This document shows, piece after piece, positions 10,072-19,732 of a stretch of 64,000 nt of DNA. The notes beneath the pieces are model-generated. The model had not been told where the DNA came from, ran no database searches, and saw nothing but the letters and a program-made list of their open reading frames with translations. Both the position numbers and the translations under genes were made by a program. The stretch is taken from the NCBI GenBank assembly GCA_026196105.1, contig JAPHRK010000050.1:1455-65454 (forward strand), written 5' to 3'. How positions within the stretch are numbered: position 1 is the stretch's first letter; each line of letters starts with the position of its first letter. This DNA comes from Rhodospirillales bacterium (lineage in GTDB: Bacteria > Pseudomonadota > Alphaproteobacteria > Rhodospirillales > JAPHRK01).

Positions 10072-11144
10072 TAGTCGAGCCCTCCTACCATGCTGGGCGT
10101 CTGTAATGACTGGAAGCCATAGTGACGCAGCCAGCGCAGGTCGGATTCAAAGAAAGTACGTAGATCAGGAATGCCATATTTGAGCATGGCGATTCGCTCG
10201 ATGCCCATGCCGAAAGCAAAGCCTTGATACTCTTCAGGGTCGATACCGCAATTAACCAGTACTTGTGGATTCACCATGCCAGAGCCGAGAATTTCAAGCC
10301 AGTCATCACCATGACCGATTTTGAACTCGCCGCCTTCCCGGGTGCAGCCGATATCAACTTCGGCGCTGGGCTCCGTGAAAGGGAAATAGCTGGGGCGGAA
10401 TTTAACAGGGAGGTCATCCATATCAAAGAAAGCCCGACAGAAATCAATCAGGCAGCCCTTGAGATGGCCCATGTGGGTTTTCTTGTCGATCACCAATCCT
10501 TCAACCTGATGGAACATGGGAGAGTGGGTGGCGTCGTAATCACAACGGTAGGTCCGACCCGGCACGATAATACGGATCGGCGGTTTTTGATTTTGCATGG
10601 TGCGAATTTGCACGGGCGAGGTATGGGTCCTGAGCACCATACGGTGGCCTTCTTTCTCGTTGGGGAGATAGAAAGTGTCGTGCTCCTGCCTGGCAGGGTG
10701 CTCAGGCGGGATATTGAGGGCTGAGAAGTTGTACCAGTCCTCTTCAATGTCCGGCCCTTCGGCAACGGTGAAACCCATCTCGCCGAAGATGGCGACCACT
10801 TCGTCGATAGTTTGGCTGATCGGATGGATGCGCCCTTGGTCTTCAGGGCGCACAGGCAAAGAAACATCAATGCGCTCGTTGATGAGTTGAGCGTTTAGGG
10901 CTTCAATTTCCAAAGCCCCTTTGCGGCCATCAATTGCACTCGCAATTTCGCTCTTGAGTACGTTTAGAGCTTGCCCGGCGGCTTTGCGTTCCTCTGGTTC
11001 CATTTTACCCAAGGTTTTCATGAGACCCGAGACACGGCCTTTTTTGCCCAGTTCGGCAATGCGAATATCTTCAAGGGCCTTGAGATCACTGGAACCTGCA
11101 ACAGCGTCTAAAATTTCACTGCGAAGGGTTTCGACGTTATCCAT
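10071..11144 (-). CDS. pheS: phenylalanine--tRNA ligase alpha subunit
   Basis: 357 aa with class II aaRS motifs (HPISQT..., [34 protein letters not shown]). Confidence 0.97.
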   Translation of the reverse strand: MDNVETLRSEILDAVAGSSDLKALEDIRIAELGKKGRVSGLMKTLGKMEPEERKAAGQALNVLKSEIASAIDGRKGALEIEALNAQLINERIDVSLPVRPEDQGRIHPISQTIDEVVAIFGEMGFTVAEGPDIEEDWYNFSALNIPPEHPARQEHDTFYLPNEKEGHRMVLRTHTSPVQIRTMQNQKPPIRIIVPGRTYRCDYDATHSPMFHQVEGLVIDKKTHMGHLKGCLIDFCRAFFDMDDLPVKFRPSYFPFTEPSAEVDIGCTREGGEFKIGHGDDWLEILGSGMVNPQVLVNCGIDPEEYQGFAFGMGIERIAMLKYGIPDLRTFFESDLRWLRHYGFQSLQTPSMVGGLD

Positions 11145-11175
11145 CGTTTTTCTGCCTAAGTATAATTATCTATCA

Positions 11176-11216
11176 AAACAGCAAAAGGGGGCTCTGAGAT
11201 GACTCAGAACCCCCTT
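11176..11216 (-). terminator. rho-independent terminator/attenuator between rplT and pheS
   Basis: The minus strand reads GGGGGTTCTGAG-TCAT-CTCAGAGCCCCC followed by TTTTGCTGTTTT. It starts about 40 nt after the rplT stop. Confidence 0.7.
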
Positions 11217-11254
11217 TAAAAGACCAAATTGTAAGAGCCTATTGGCTCAGCGCA

Positions 11255-11620
11255 TTAAGCGGTCTTGGTGAGAGCGGCCTGAGCCTGATCTACCAAAGCT
11301 TTAAATGCGGCTGGCTCTTTAACCGCTAAGTCAGCAAGGACTTTACGATCAATTTCGATGCCAGCTAAATTCAAACCGTTAATCAATGTGGAGTATTTCA
11401 TGCCGTGCAAACGTGCACCGGCGTTGATACGTTGGATCCACAGAGCGCGGAAGCTGCGCTTTTTGTTACGGCGATCGCGGTAAGCATATTGAAGGCCTTT
11501 TTCGACCCGCTCAATGGCGATACGGAAACTGGAGTTGCTGCGGCCTCGGTAACCTTTGGCGGCATCAATGATTTTTTTGTGACGGGCGTGCGTGGTGACG
11601 CCCCTTTTAACGCGTGACAT
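11255..11620 (-). CDS. rplT: 50S ribosomal protein L20
   Basis: 121 aa, [27 protein letters not shown]... Confidence 0.97.
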   Translation of the reverse strand: MSRVKRGVTTHARHKKIIDAAKGYRGRSNSSFRIAIERVEKGLQYAYRDRRNKKRSFRALWIQRINAGARLHGMKYSTLINGLNLAGIEIDRKVLADLAVKEPAAFKALVDQAQAALTKTA

Positions 11621-11632
11621 GGCTAGCGGTCC

Positions 11633-11833
11633 TTATTTAGCGTAGGGCATATATGATTTGACTTTTTTCGCGTCTTGATCGCAAAGGATCATCATGCCGC
11701 GAGCTTGTCTAATCATTTTGGTGGGACGTTTGCGCATACCGTGGCTTTTGAAAGCCACTCCGGCGCGTACTTTACCAGAAGCGGTCAAACGAAACCGTTT
11801 CTTGGCGCTAGCCTTCGTTTTCATCTTGGGCAT
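11633..11833 (-). CDS. rpmI: 50S ribosomal protein L35
   Basis: 66 aa from the internal ATG at 11831-11833 ([23 protein letters not shown]...). The 89-aa track ORF is an upstream over-extension. Confidence 0.93.
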   Translation of the reverse strand: MPKMKTKASAKKRFRLTASGKVRAGVAFKSHGMRKRPTKMIRQARGMMILCDQDAKKVKSYMPYAK

Positions 11834-12033
11834 TTTGCTCTCTTTCATAATAACAAGAGGTCGAATATTGAGCGGTTGGGCATACCCGATAAGCCTCGCC
11901 ACTCGTGAAGAGGCGGTTTATAGCGGGGGAAGGGGGGGAATGCAAGGGAGTTTGAAGGGTTTTTAACTTCTAAAACGACACAAACCATTCGCCCACTATT
12001 ATTTTGTTTAAAGTCTAAGTTTGCTTCACGGCC

Positions 12034-12603
12034 TTAGTCTTTAACTTTTAACGCTGCTAGGCTGCCAAGAACTTGTTTTTTAAAAGTTTCAAAGTCCCCT
12101 TCGGTACAAACAAAACCACGTAAATAAGCATCGCTACCCGAAATATCTACTGTATTTATTTGCCGCCCAAGCATCTTAAAATAAGCCATGCAATGTATGT
12201 CATCACGTTTAACTTCGCTGTAAACAACGTCTGACATTTGAACGAGATCTTGAAACTCGCTTTTTTTAACGGGAGTACCTTTCAGATTTTTCCCAACGTA
12301 TACAGTTTCAATAGTTGACTTTGTTGGTGGGAATGCAAAGCCACCACGATTTTTCATTTCAAAAAATAGTTGAGCACCTTTTTTGAATACAATTTGCTCC
12401 TGATAACGATCAGGCAATGTTGTGTTCCTTTTAATGTGCTTAAGACGACTCCTTGAGGTGTTTGAGCCTTCTAATCGGCTCTGGTCGAAGTCGATAATTT
12501 CCCAAGTCGGTTTCCCGAGGTTTTTCCCATGAATAGTTTTAGCGCCGGTTGCAACACAACCTGTTAAAGCGAGCAAGCTTAGCACTGCTATTATGCGGTT
12601 CAT
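12034..12603 (-). CDS. hypothetical lipoprotein, low-GC orphan
   Basis: 189 aa. It has a signal peptide with a lipobox (LSLLALTGC). I recognise no family. Hand counts of three 60-nt samples give about 37-40% GC, against about 50% in neighbouring genes. Confidence 0.6.
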   Translation of the reverse strand: MNRIIAVLSLLALTGCVATGAKTIHGKNLGKPTWEIIDFDQSRLEGSNTSRSRLKHIKRNTTLPDRYQEQIVFKKGAQLFFEMKNRGGFAFPPTKSTIETVYVGKNLKGTPVKKSEFQDLVQMSDVVYSEVKRDDIHCMAYFKMLGRQINTVDISGSDAYLRGFVCTEGDFETFKKQVLGSLAALKVKD

Positions 12604-12831
12604 TATCCCCTCCCAATTTATTGTATTCTCAAATTTAAAAGCTACTTTAAAGTGCTAAAAGTAAAACTCAAGTATATACAAGAAAGTGAGTATCGCTTGT
12701 CTATATGGCCTGTAATTTTTTAGCTAGAGTTTTCCCGCCAATAGAGAATTTAGAGGGTAGAAAAAAAACAGATATCCCCCTAAGGTGGTCAAAACAGATT
12801 TCGTAAACGCATATAGCAGGAAGCCAAGTCC

Positions 12832-13710
12832 ATGAATGATGTGCTGGTTAATGTGGTTTTGCCTCTGGTTTTGTCGGTCATGATGTTCACCATGGGGCTG
12901 ACCTTGACTGTGGAGGATTTTGTTCGTGTCGGGAAAAAGCCCAAAGCGTTTTTCCTCGGCGTTTTTAATCAGATGCTGGTCTTGCCCATCGCGGTCTTTA
13001 TCATTGCCACTCTAAGTGGGCTTAGACCGGAATTTGCGGTAGGCTTTATGATCTTGGCGGCTTGTCCTGGCGGGATTACCTCAAATGTGATGTGCTATTA
13101 TGCGCGGGGGGATACCGCCCTTTCCATCAGTCTCACTGCCATTGTCAGCTTGGTTAGTTTTATCACTTTGCCTCTCATTGTTGGTTACTCAATCAGTCAT
13201 TTTATGAGTGGTGAGCAGGCGGCAAATTTTCCGATGTCACGCATCGCTATATCCCTGTTTGTGATTAATGTTATTCCCGTCAGTATTGGCATGGCAACGC
13301 TTCACTATTTTCCGAAGCTGGCGACGAAAATCGCCCCTTGGTTTGACCGGATAACCGTCGTGTTGTTTATAGTTATTGTGGTAGGTGCAGTGAAGCGCAA
13401 TTGGGATTTGGTCGTTGCCAATTTGGGGGATTTGGGTGGAATATCCTTAGTGATCTGCGCTGTTATGCTGGCGGTTGGATTTATAACGGCTCGTTTAATG
13501 AAACTCGACAAGTCTCAGGCAACCACCATCTCAATGGAAACAGGGGTGCAGAATGCCGCAACAGCCATCCTGATCGGCGGCACCATCTTAGGCAGTGAAT
13601 TCCTCTATCTACCGGGGGCAATCTATGGTGTTTGCATGTATCTGCCAGCAGGTATTTTGATCCTGGGGGCTCGTTACTTTATCAACAAAAAGGCGGTGGC
13701 GACGGTTTAA
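12832..13710 (+). CDS. bile acid:sodium symporter (BASS/SBF) family transporter
   Basis: 292 aa, polytopic, with typical SBF segments (ACPGGITSNV, METGVQNAATA). Confidence 0.85.
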   Translation: MNDVLVNVVLPLVLSVMMFTMGLTLTVEDFVRVGKKPKAFFLGVFNQMLVLPIAVFIIATLSGLRPEFAVGFMILAACPGGITSNVMCYYARGDTALSISLTAIVSLVSFITLPLIVGYSISHFMSGEQAANFPMSRIAISLFVINVIPVSIGMATLHYFPKLATKIAPWFDRITVVLFIVIVVGAVKRNWDLVVANLGDLGGISLVICAVMLAVGFITARLMKLDKSQATTISMETGVQNAATAILIGGTILGSEFLYLPGAIYGVCMYLPAGILILGARYFINKKAVATV

Positions 13711-13782
13711 GTCGCCATCCAGGTTACATTTTTGGATTACAGCGAGGGGCCTTATGTCTGGTTTTATGTTCTTCCAATATCT

Positions 13783-16700
13783 CTACCCCGCCTTAGCTTT
13801 TTCTCCAAGGGACTCCTTGCAATAGCTAATCCACTGTGCGGTTAGCTTCTCATGCACAGCGTTTTGGCAGAGGCGTTGTCTTAGAGCGGGGAAGTTGACC
13901 CGGTCGATGGGTTGGTCTTGGTTGAAGCAGGAGAAGACCACGGTTTCTTTACCGGTTTCAGGGTCTTTGTGGGGTTGGAGGCATTGGGCGCAGATTTCTT
14001 TCATCATGCACTGCATGGGAGAGTTAATGCTGGCGATGGCGACGTGGTCATCTTTGAAATATTCCTTCAAAATCCCATGGCGAGATTCACCGACAGCGCG
14101 CATCATCATGTCGGACCCAATAACGATCATACGATCGACATCACTTAAGGGGATATCAATATCGCCAAGTTCCCCCTTAGCATAAGCGGTCATCGCTTGG
14201 ACGATATTACCAACGAAGGCTTTGTCTTGTGGGCGGCTGGGTTTGAAACCTGGCGCGGTATCACAGCACCAAACCACCACGTCAGAAGCTTCTTCAATAT
14301 GGTCGATGTGGAAGCGGTCGTGGATGCCTTTATAAGCGGCGAAATAGAGAACCTTGGAGCCTGCTTGCCTGAATGCTGTATTGATGTCGAGTAGAACCGC
14401 ATTGCCCAAGCCCCCCCCAGCGAGCAAGACGGTTTCGCCTCCGGGGGTTTCCGTGGGTGCTCCGGTGGGGCCCATGAGGATGACTCGTTGACCCGGTTTA
14501 AGGTAGGAAATCAACGAGGTTGAACCCCCCATATCCATGGCGATTAGGGAAACCAGCCCTTTTTCAGGGTCAACTAACGCTCCTGTTAAGGCGACACCTT
14601 CCATCGCGAGGGTAGTGCCGTTAACTTGAAGCGAGTCGGCTTCATAGTTTTGTAGCCTGAAGAACTGCCCCGGCTTGAAAGCTTTAGCAGCTAAGGGGGC
14701 GTGAACGGTGATTTCAATAACATTGTCAACTAAAGTTGATACGGACTTCACCGTGGCACGCAAACCTTTATTAAGGTCAATCGTCATTCCAGAAGGATTA
14801 ATCTTTTTGAGCATACGATCAATCACAGGATAGCCTTGCTTGGCACTGGCAATGGCCTTGACCACATTGCCTGCATAAGACGGATGAAGGTCCCCAAAGT
14901 AGCTCATGGTGCGCCCATCTTCACTATGCTTGATCAGCATTTGCGGGGTTTTGGGTTTGGCCGACCACTCAGGTGTTACTTTGTCGCCTTCTTCGCTAAA
15001 GGCCTGGAAGTATTTACCATCAAGCTCGGCAAAACCTGGGTGCTCACGAGCGAGAACTGTATTGGGTTGGGTGCCTGCAGCAATCAAAACCGCACGAGCC
15101 GGCAAGGAAAGCTCTTCACCTGTAGGTTTAGGCCGCCCATCTTCACCAATTTCCTGACGTTCCAGCTTGATGGTTTCTGTGTGACCAAACTTATCAACTT
15201 CAAGGGCTGTTGGAGAGAGCAGTTCGGCAAAGTAGATACCTTGCTCGAAGGCTTTCTCAATCTCTTCGTGGTTAAGCTGATAACTGGGTGAACCTGTCAT
15301 CAGGCGACGATACGCAATAGTCGCTCCCCCCCATTCATTGAGTAAATCAATGAACCTTGGTTCTCTCCCTTCTTTGGCTGCTAATTCACGTTCCGCACGA
15401 ATCGCACGCCCGTGGGGTAGGAATTCATCAGCAATGGACTGCTCTTCTTCATTCCAGGCCGCGCGAACGGCTTCTTCGCCTTTTTGGGTGATCAACACTT
15501 CATAACGATCGAGGAATTTTTCGACCTGGCGCACGTAATAGGCCAAGGCTTCGGTTGCTGTATCAATAGCCGTGAGGCCGCCACCAATAACCACGGCAGG
15601 GAGGCGTAATTGCAGGTTCGCCACGGAGTCTTTTTTGGCAGCACCTGTTAATTGTAAGGCCATGAGGAAGTCTGACGCTTGGCGCACCCCGCGGGCGAGG
15701 CCGTTAGGAATATTGAGGAAGGTGGGTTTACCAGCTCCCATACAAAGGGCTATGTGATCAAAGCCCATTTCGTAAGCGGATTCAGCTGTAATTGCGCTGC
15801 CAAATCGCACCCCACCAAACAGGTCAAACTGTTGGCGTCGCTCGACCAGGAGGCGGAGGATTTTTAAGAAATTCTTGTCCCACCGAACGGTAATGCCATA
15901 TTCCGCGACTCCGCCAAACCCGGCTTGGGAGCGTTCATCCAGGTCTTCTTGCAGATTGGTGATATCGTAAATGGGTTCAAAGGCGACTCGTTTCCCTCGC
16001 TCACCAATGCCGGAAATTTCAGGTGCCAGCGGTTCAATTTTCAATCCATCAATGGCGGTGACCTTGTGCCCTTCGTTCATCAGATAATGAGAGAGGGAGA
16101 AACCGGCAGGCCCAGCGCCGACGACCAAGACATTGTAGCCACTTTCTGGCTTGGGCAATGGAGCGGCAAAATTGAGTGGGTTCCAGCGGGTCAGGAGGGC
16201 GTAAATTTCAAATCCCCAGGGCAGTTCCAGGATATCTTTTAAGGTCCGAGTTTCGGCCTGGGGGATGTTAACAGGCTGTTGCTTTTGGAAGATGCAGGCC
16301 TTCATACAGTCGTTACAAATCCGGTGCCCGGTTGCGGCGACCATGGGATTGTCGACAATAATAATAGCGAGAGCAGAAAGGGCGAAGCCTTGGTTCTTAG
16401 CCTCGTGCATTTCAGAAATGCGTTCTTCTAACGGGCAACCTTCAAGAGCGATGTTCAAGGGGTTTTTAGAAAATTCACCAGTCTTTTTATCATGAGCTCC
16501 ATGGGAACAGCTATCCCGCCCCCGGTGATGACAAATGACGCAATAGGTGGACTCGTCTAAAGCCTCTAACAGGTTGTCACCTTTATCAGTAAGGGTAAAG
16601 CCGTCTCGATTATAGCCCTGCTCCCCTTTGAGTTTTTTCATCTCAATACCGCATTTGACCTCTTGCTCACTGGGGACGAGGTCAAAATGGTCGACTTTTT

Positions 16701-17268
16701 TATTGAGGCGGAACAACAGATCATCTTTATGGCGCTCTTGGCCCTCGGGGTTATAAAGCGCCCAGTCAATATAGCAGGTGGCGAGCTCAATAATCTCGGC
16801 GTTGGTGTCTTTATCCTCAAGCCATTCCATAACTTTTTCAGCAAATATGAATTGATCGAACTTACCACCGAAGAGGGGGGTTAGCTCTTTCTCCATAGCA
16901 GGACCATCAAAAGTCATGGCTTCGTCAACGCTATGTGCTTTGGCAGCGCGGCGTTGGACGAACAGGTGCTTACAGTCATAAAGGATGGTTAAATCACGGT
17001 GGCGCTGAGAAAGTTCATTAAGCTCTTGAGAGACTCCAAACAATTCTCCAATGAAACGATCCATCTCCGGGGCCAGAGCAAGCATAATGTCGGCTTGTTC
17101 TTGGCGATTGAGGTTATTTGCCTCAGCCCGCCCCCTCTCCAATTGCTGTTGAAGTTCAATGTTGGTTTTTGCCAAATGATCTAAAAATTGATCATCGATT
17201 TTATGTAAACCAGAAAGGGTGTAAAGGTCCTGGAACTGTAAGCCATGGGCGAGTTTCATTGTCGTCAT
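13783..17268 (-). CDS. large multidomain flavo-iron-sulfur oxidoreductase: unknown N-domain + GltD/NfnB-like + PyrK/NfnA-like fusion
   Basis: 1161 aa. Cys clusters are CVICHHRGRDSCSHG, EGCPLEERI and CNDCMKACIF. Dinucleotide folds are VLVVGAGPAGFSL and AVVIGGGLTAID. The ferredoxin-reductase-like module has KPGQFFRLQ, VILMGPTG and LLAGGGLGNA. The C-terminal 2Fe-2S-type motif is CMMKEICAQC...FSC. Confidence 0.75.
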   Translation of the reverse strand: MTTMKLAHGLQFQDLYTLSGLHKIDDQFLDHLAKTNIELQQQLERGRAEANNLNRQEQADIMLALAPEMDRFIGELFGVSQELNELSQRHRDLTILYDCKHLFVQRRAAKAHSVDEAMTFDGPAMEKELTPLFGGKFDQFIFAEKVMEWLEDKDTNAEIIELATCYIDWALYNPEGQERHKDDLLFRLNKKVDHFDLVPSEQEVKCGIEMKKLKGEQGYNRDGFTLTDKGDNLLEALDESTYCVICHHRGRDSCSHGAHDKKTGEFSKNPLNIALEGCPLEERISEMHEAKNQGFALSALAIIIVDNPMVAATGHRICNDCMKACIFQKQQPVNIPQAETRTLKDILELPWGFEIYALLTRWNPLNFAAPLPKPESGYNVLVVGAGPAGFSLSHYLMNEGHKVTAIDGLKIEPLAPEISGIGERGKRVAFEPIYDITNLQEDLDERSQAGFGGVAEYGITVRWDKNFLKILRLLVERRQQFDLFGGVRFGSAITAESAYEMGFDHIALCMGAGKPTFLNIPNGLARGVRQASDFLMALQLTGAAKKDSVANLQLRLPAVVIGGGLTAIDTATEALAYYVRQVEKFLDRYEVLITQKGEEAVRAAWNEEEQSIADEFLPHGRAIRAERELAAKEGREPRFIDLLNEWGGATIAYRRLMTGSPSYQLNHEEIEKAFEQGIYFAELLSPTALEVDKFGHTETIKLERQEIGEDGRPKPTGEELSLPARAVLIAAGTQPNTVLAREHPGFAELDGKYFQAFSEEGDKVTPEWSAKPKTPQMLIKHSEDGRTMSYFGDLHPSYAGNVVKAIASAKQGYPVIDRMLKKINPSGMTIDLNKGLRATVKSVSTLVDNVIEITVHAPLAAKAFKPGQFFRLQNYEADSLQVNGTTLAMEGVALTGALVDPEKGLVSLIAMDMGGSTSLISYLKPGQRVILMGPTGAPTETPGGETVLLAGGGLGNAVLLDINTAFRQAGSKVLYFAAYKGIHDRFHIDHIEEASDVVVWCCDTAPGFKPSRPQDKAFVGNIVQAMTAYAKGELGDIDIPLSDVDRMIVIGSDMMMRAVGESRHGILKEYFKDDHVAIASINSPMQCMMKEICAQCLQPHKDPETGKETVVFSCFNQDQPIDRVNFPALRQRLCQNAVHEKLTAQWISYCKESLGEKAKAG

Positions 17269-17464
17269 TTGTTGCCGTTACCCTCTCAATTGGAACTATA
17301 TATTTTCGTGGTTTATTATGCTGAATACCGCTAGTGGAGTTTTGTGAAAAATTAAGTGGTAACCCTATATTAACCCAGGGTAATTTTTCCTTGAGTTCGG
17401 TTAAGTTTAATTAAGTAAATCATGGCTATTTCCCTCAAGGTAAAGACCGGGTAAAAACACTTTC

Positions 17465-17971
17465 ATGTCAAATCAAATACTCACCCCTTTTACCCAGGAA
17501 ATTGTCCTTAGTGATGAAGCGGCAACGGTGTCATTTGCTCGAGCCTTGGCAAAACTTGCTGAGCTAGGCGATGTGATTGCCTTATGGGGAACCCTTGGCG
17601 TGGGGAAATCAGTTTTTGCTCGTGCTTTTATTCGCCAACTGACCTCGCCTTTAGAGGAAGTCCCGAGCCCGACCTTTACCTTGGTGCAAAATTACGAAGG
17701 GATGGAGGCAGAAATTTATCACTTTGATTTCTATCGCCTCGAAGAAGTGGATGAAGCCTACGAGTTAGGAATTGAGGAAGCTTTTAGCGACGGAATTTCT
17801 TTGCTGGAATGGCCTGAGCGGATTGAGCCTTTGCTGCCCCGCGACCGTCTTGACATTACCCTCATCCATGGGGAAACAGATGAAGCTCGCCAGCTAACTC
17901 TTAAGGCTGAGGGCAAATGGGCGGAACGTTTAACTAAGGGCTGTGATGGGAGTTGTGGTGGTCATGGCTGA
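17465..17971 (+). CDS. tsaE: tRNA t6A37 biosynthesis ATPase TsaE
   Basis: 168 aa with P-loop GTLGVGKS, then PSPTFTLVQNY and HFDFYRL motifs. Confidence 0.9.
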   Translation: MSNQILTPFTQEIVLSDEAATVSFARALAKLAELGDVIALWGTLGVGKSVFARAFIRQLTSPLEEVPSPTFTLVQNYEGMEAEIYHFDFYRLEEVDEAYELGIEEAFSDGISLLEWPERIEPLLPRDRLDITLIHGETDEARQLTLKAEGKWAERLTKGCDGSCGGHG

Positions 17972-18971
17972 GCGCTCAATTGATATTTTTCTAGCAGGCG
18001 CAGGCTGGCATGAGGCTGAGCGTGATCCTTTGACAGGAGACGCCTCTTTTCGTCGTTATATTCGCCTAAAGCAGGCCACTGGCGAAAAAGCCATGCTAAT
18101 GGATGCCCCTCCGCCCCAGGAAGATGTTCGCCCGTTTCTATCTATGGCTCGTCATCTTGAAAAGCTCGACCTAAGCGCGCCGAAAATATTAGCTGGTGAT
18201 GAAGCACAAGGGTTTCTGCTTTTAGAAGATTTTGGTGATGACACTTATACTCGTTTGCTGAAAAAAGGAGCTGATGAAGAAAAGCTCTATCGGTTGGCTA
18301 CGGATGTATTGATCAATCTTCATGAATTGGGCAAAGGGTCAATACCGTTGGGTCTTCCCGCTTATGATCAAGAGAAAATGCTCACAGAGATCTCTTTGCT
18401 GCCTGATTGGTATATGCCAGCGGTAACGGAACAGCCATCAATTAAAGCAAAAGCAGAGTTTGAGGCGATATGGCAAAAACTATTTCCTATCGTACTAAAG
18501 GGACCGGAGGTTCTGGTTCTGAGAGATTATCATGTTGATAACCTGATGCTCTTAGAGGGACGAGGTGAAGGCGTTGCTAGTTGTGGTTTGCTTGACTTCC
18601 AAGACGCTGTTGCCGGGCATCCGGCCTATGATCTAATGTCTTTGTTAGAAGATGCGCGACGGGATTTAGCACCAGGTTTGGCAGAGGCTATGCTCGATCA
18701 TTATTTTGAAGCTTTCCCTGAGGGCACCCGAGAAGAATTTATGACGGCTTACGCCATTCTTGGAGCCCAACGCCATGCGAAAGTCATTGGCATTTTCACC
18801 CGGCTCTCAGTGCGTGATAACAAAGATGTCTACTTAGAGCATATTCCTCGGGTTTGGCGATTGTTAGAGAAGGCTTGCGAACACCCTGTTTTAGGGCCAT
18901 TTAAAGAGTGGTTAGATAAAAATATTCAAAAAGACTCTAGGAGAATACCACCGTGTCGAGTGGCAAAGTAA
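17943..18971 (+). CDS. amgK: aminoglycoside-phosphotransferase-fold kinase, AmgK-like (anomeric MurNAc/GlcNAc kinase)
   Basis: 342 aa with the APH catalytic loop LRDYHVDNLM and the LLDFQDA motif. It overlaps the next gene, which encodes a MurU-like nucleotidyltransferase. Confidence 0.7.
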   Translation: MMGVVVVMAERSIDIFLAGAGWHEAERDPLTGDASFRRYIRLKQATGEKAMLMDAPPPQEDVRPFLSMARHLEKLDLSAPKILAGDEAQGFLLLEDFGDDTYTRLLKKGADEEKLYRLATDVLINLHELGKGSIPLGLPAYDQEKMLTEISLLPDWYMPAVTEQPSIKAKAEFEAIWQKLFPIVLKGPEVLVLRDYHVDNLMLLEGRGEGVASCGLLDFQDAVAGHPAYDLMSLLEDARRDLAPGLAEAMLDHYFEAFPEGTREEFMTAYAILGAQRHAKVIGIFTRLSVRDNKDVYLEHIPRVWRLLEKACEHPVLGPFKEWLDKNIQKDSRRIPPCRVAK

Positions 18972-19708
18972 AAATACCAAAAACCGCCATGGTTCTTGCT
19001 GCCGGAATGGGCAAGCGTATGCGGCCCATTACCAACATCATCCCAAAGCCAATGGTGATGGTTGCTGGACGTACTTTGCTTGACCGCTCTCTTGATCGCC
19101 TAGAAGACGTTGGAGTGAGAACGGCGGTGGTAAATACTCATTATCTGGGTGATCGCATTGAGCAACACCTCAAAAAACGCAAAGTACCACAGATTGTCCT
19201 CTCCCCTGAAGAAGACCTGCTGGAAACGGGCGGCGGTGTCAAAAATGCTCTAGACAAATTAGGCGATGAACCTTTCTTCGTGGTGAACTCCGATGCCATG
19301 ATACTTAATGGCTCTCAAGTTGCCCTCAAGCGATTGGCTGAGCGTTGGAACCCTGATGAAATGGATGCACTGTTATTGCTCCATTCTACCGTTGAAGCGT
19401 ATGGTTATGACGGCACAGGGGATTTTGAGATGGACCCCCTAGGTACGATTGTCCGCAAGCAAGAGCGCCAAATCGCCCCATACCTATTCACAGGTATTCA
19501 AATCCTCCATCCAAAAGTATTTGAAGATACCCCTGAGGGCCCCTTTTCCCTCAATGTGATTTACACTAAGCTGATTGAGGAAGGTCGGCTTTTTGGCATC
19601 GATCACGATGGGGAATGGTTCCATGTGGGGACACCTGAAGGGCTAGCGCAAGCTGAGTCCTATATGGGTGTTCGCTATTCCGGCTCTAGACGTCGAAGGG
19701 TAATTTAA
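18953..19708 (+). CDS. murU: nucleotidyltransferase, MurU-like (MurNAc-1-P uridylyltransferase)
   Basis: 251 aa with the sugar-nucleotidyltransferase motif MVLAAGMGKRMRP. It overlaps amgK by 19 nt. Confidence 0.7.
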   Translation: MSSGKVKIPKTAMVLAAGMGKRMRPITNIIPKPMVMVAGRTLLDRSLDRLEDVGVRTAVVNTHYLGDRIEQHLKKRKVPQIVLSPEEDLLETGGGVKNALDKLGDEPFFVVNSDAMILNGSQVALKRLAERWNPDEMDALLLLHSTVEAYGYDGTGDFEMDPLGTIVRKQERQIAPYLFTGIQILHPKVFEDTPEGPFSLNVIYTKLIEEGRLFGIDHDGEWFHVGTPEGLAQAESYMGVRYSGSRRRRVI

Positions 19709-19732
19709 AGTACTCAAAAAAGGGGGTAAATT

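Noticed and set aside
11950-11975. TTCTAAA half-site resembling the Irr ICE box (TTTAGAA-N3-TTCTAAA) upstream of rpmI.
   Set aside because: Only the right half matches. The left half (GGTTTTT) does not. A ribosomal-protein gene is an implausible Irr target.
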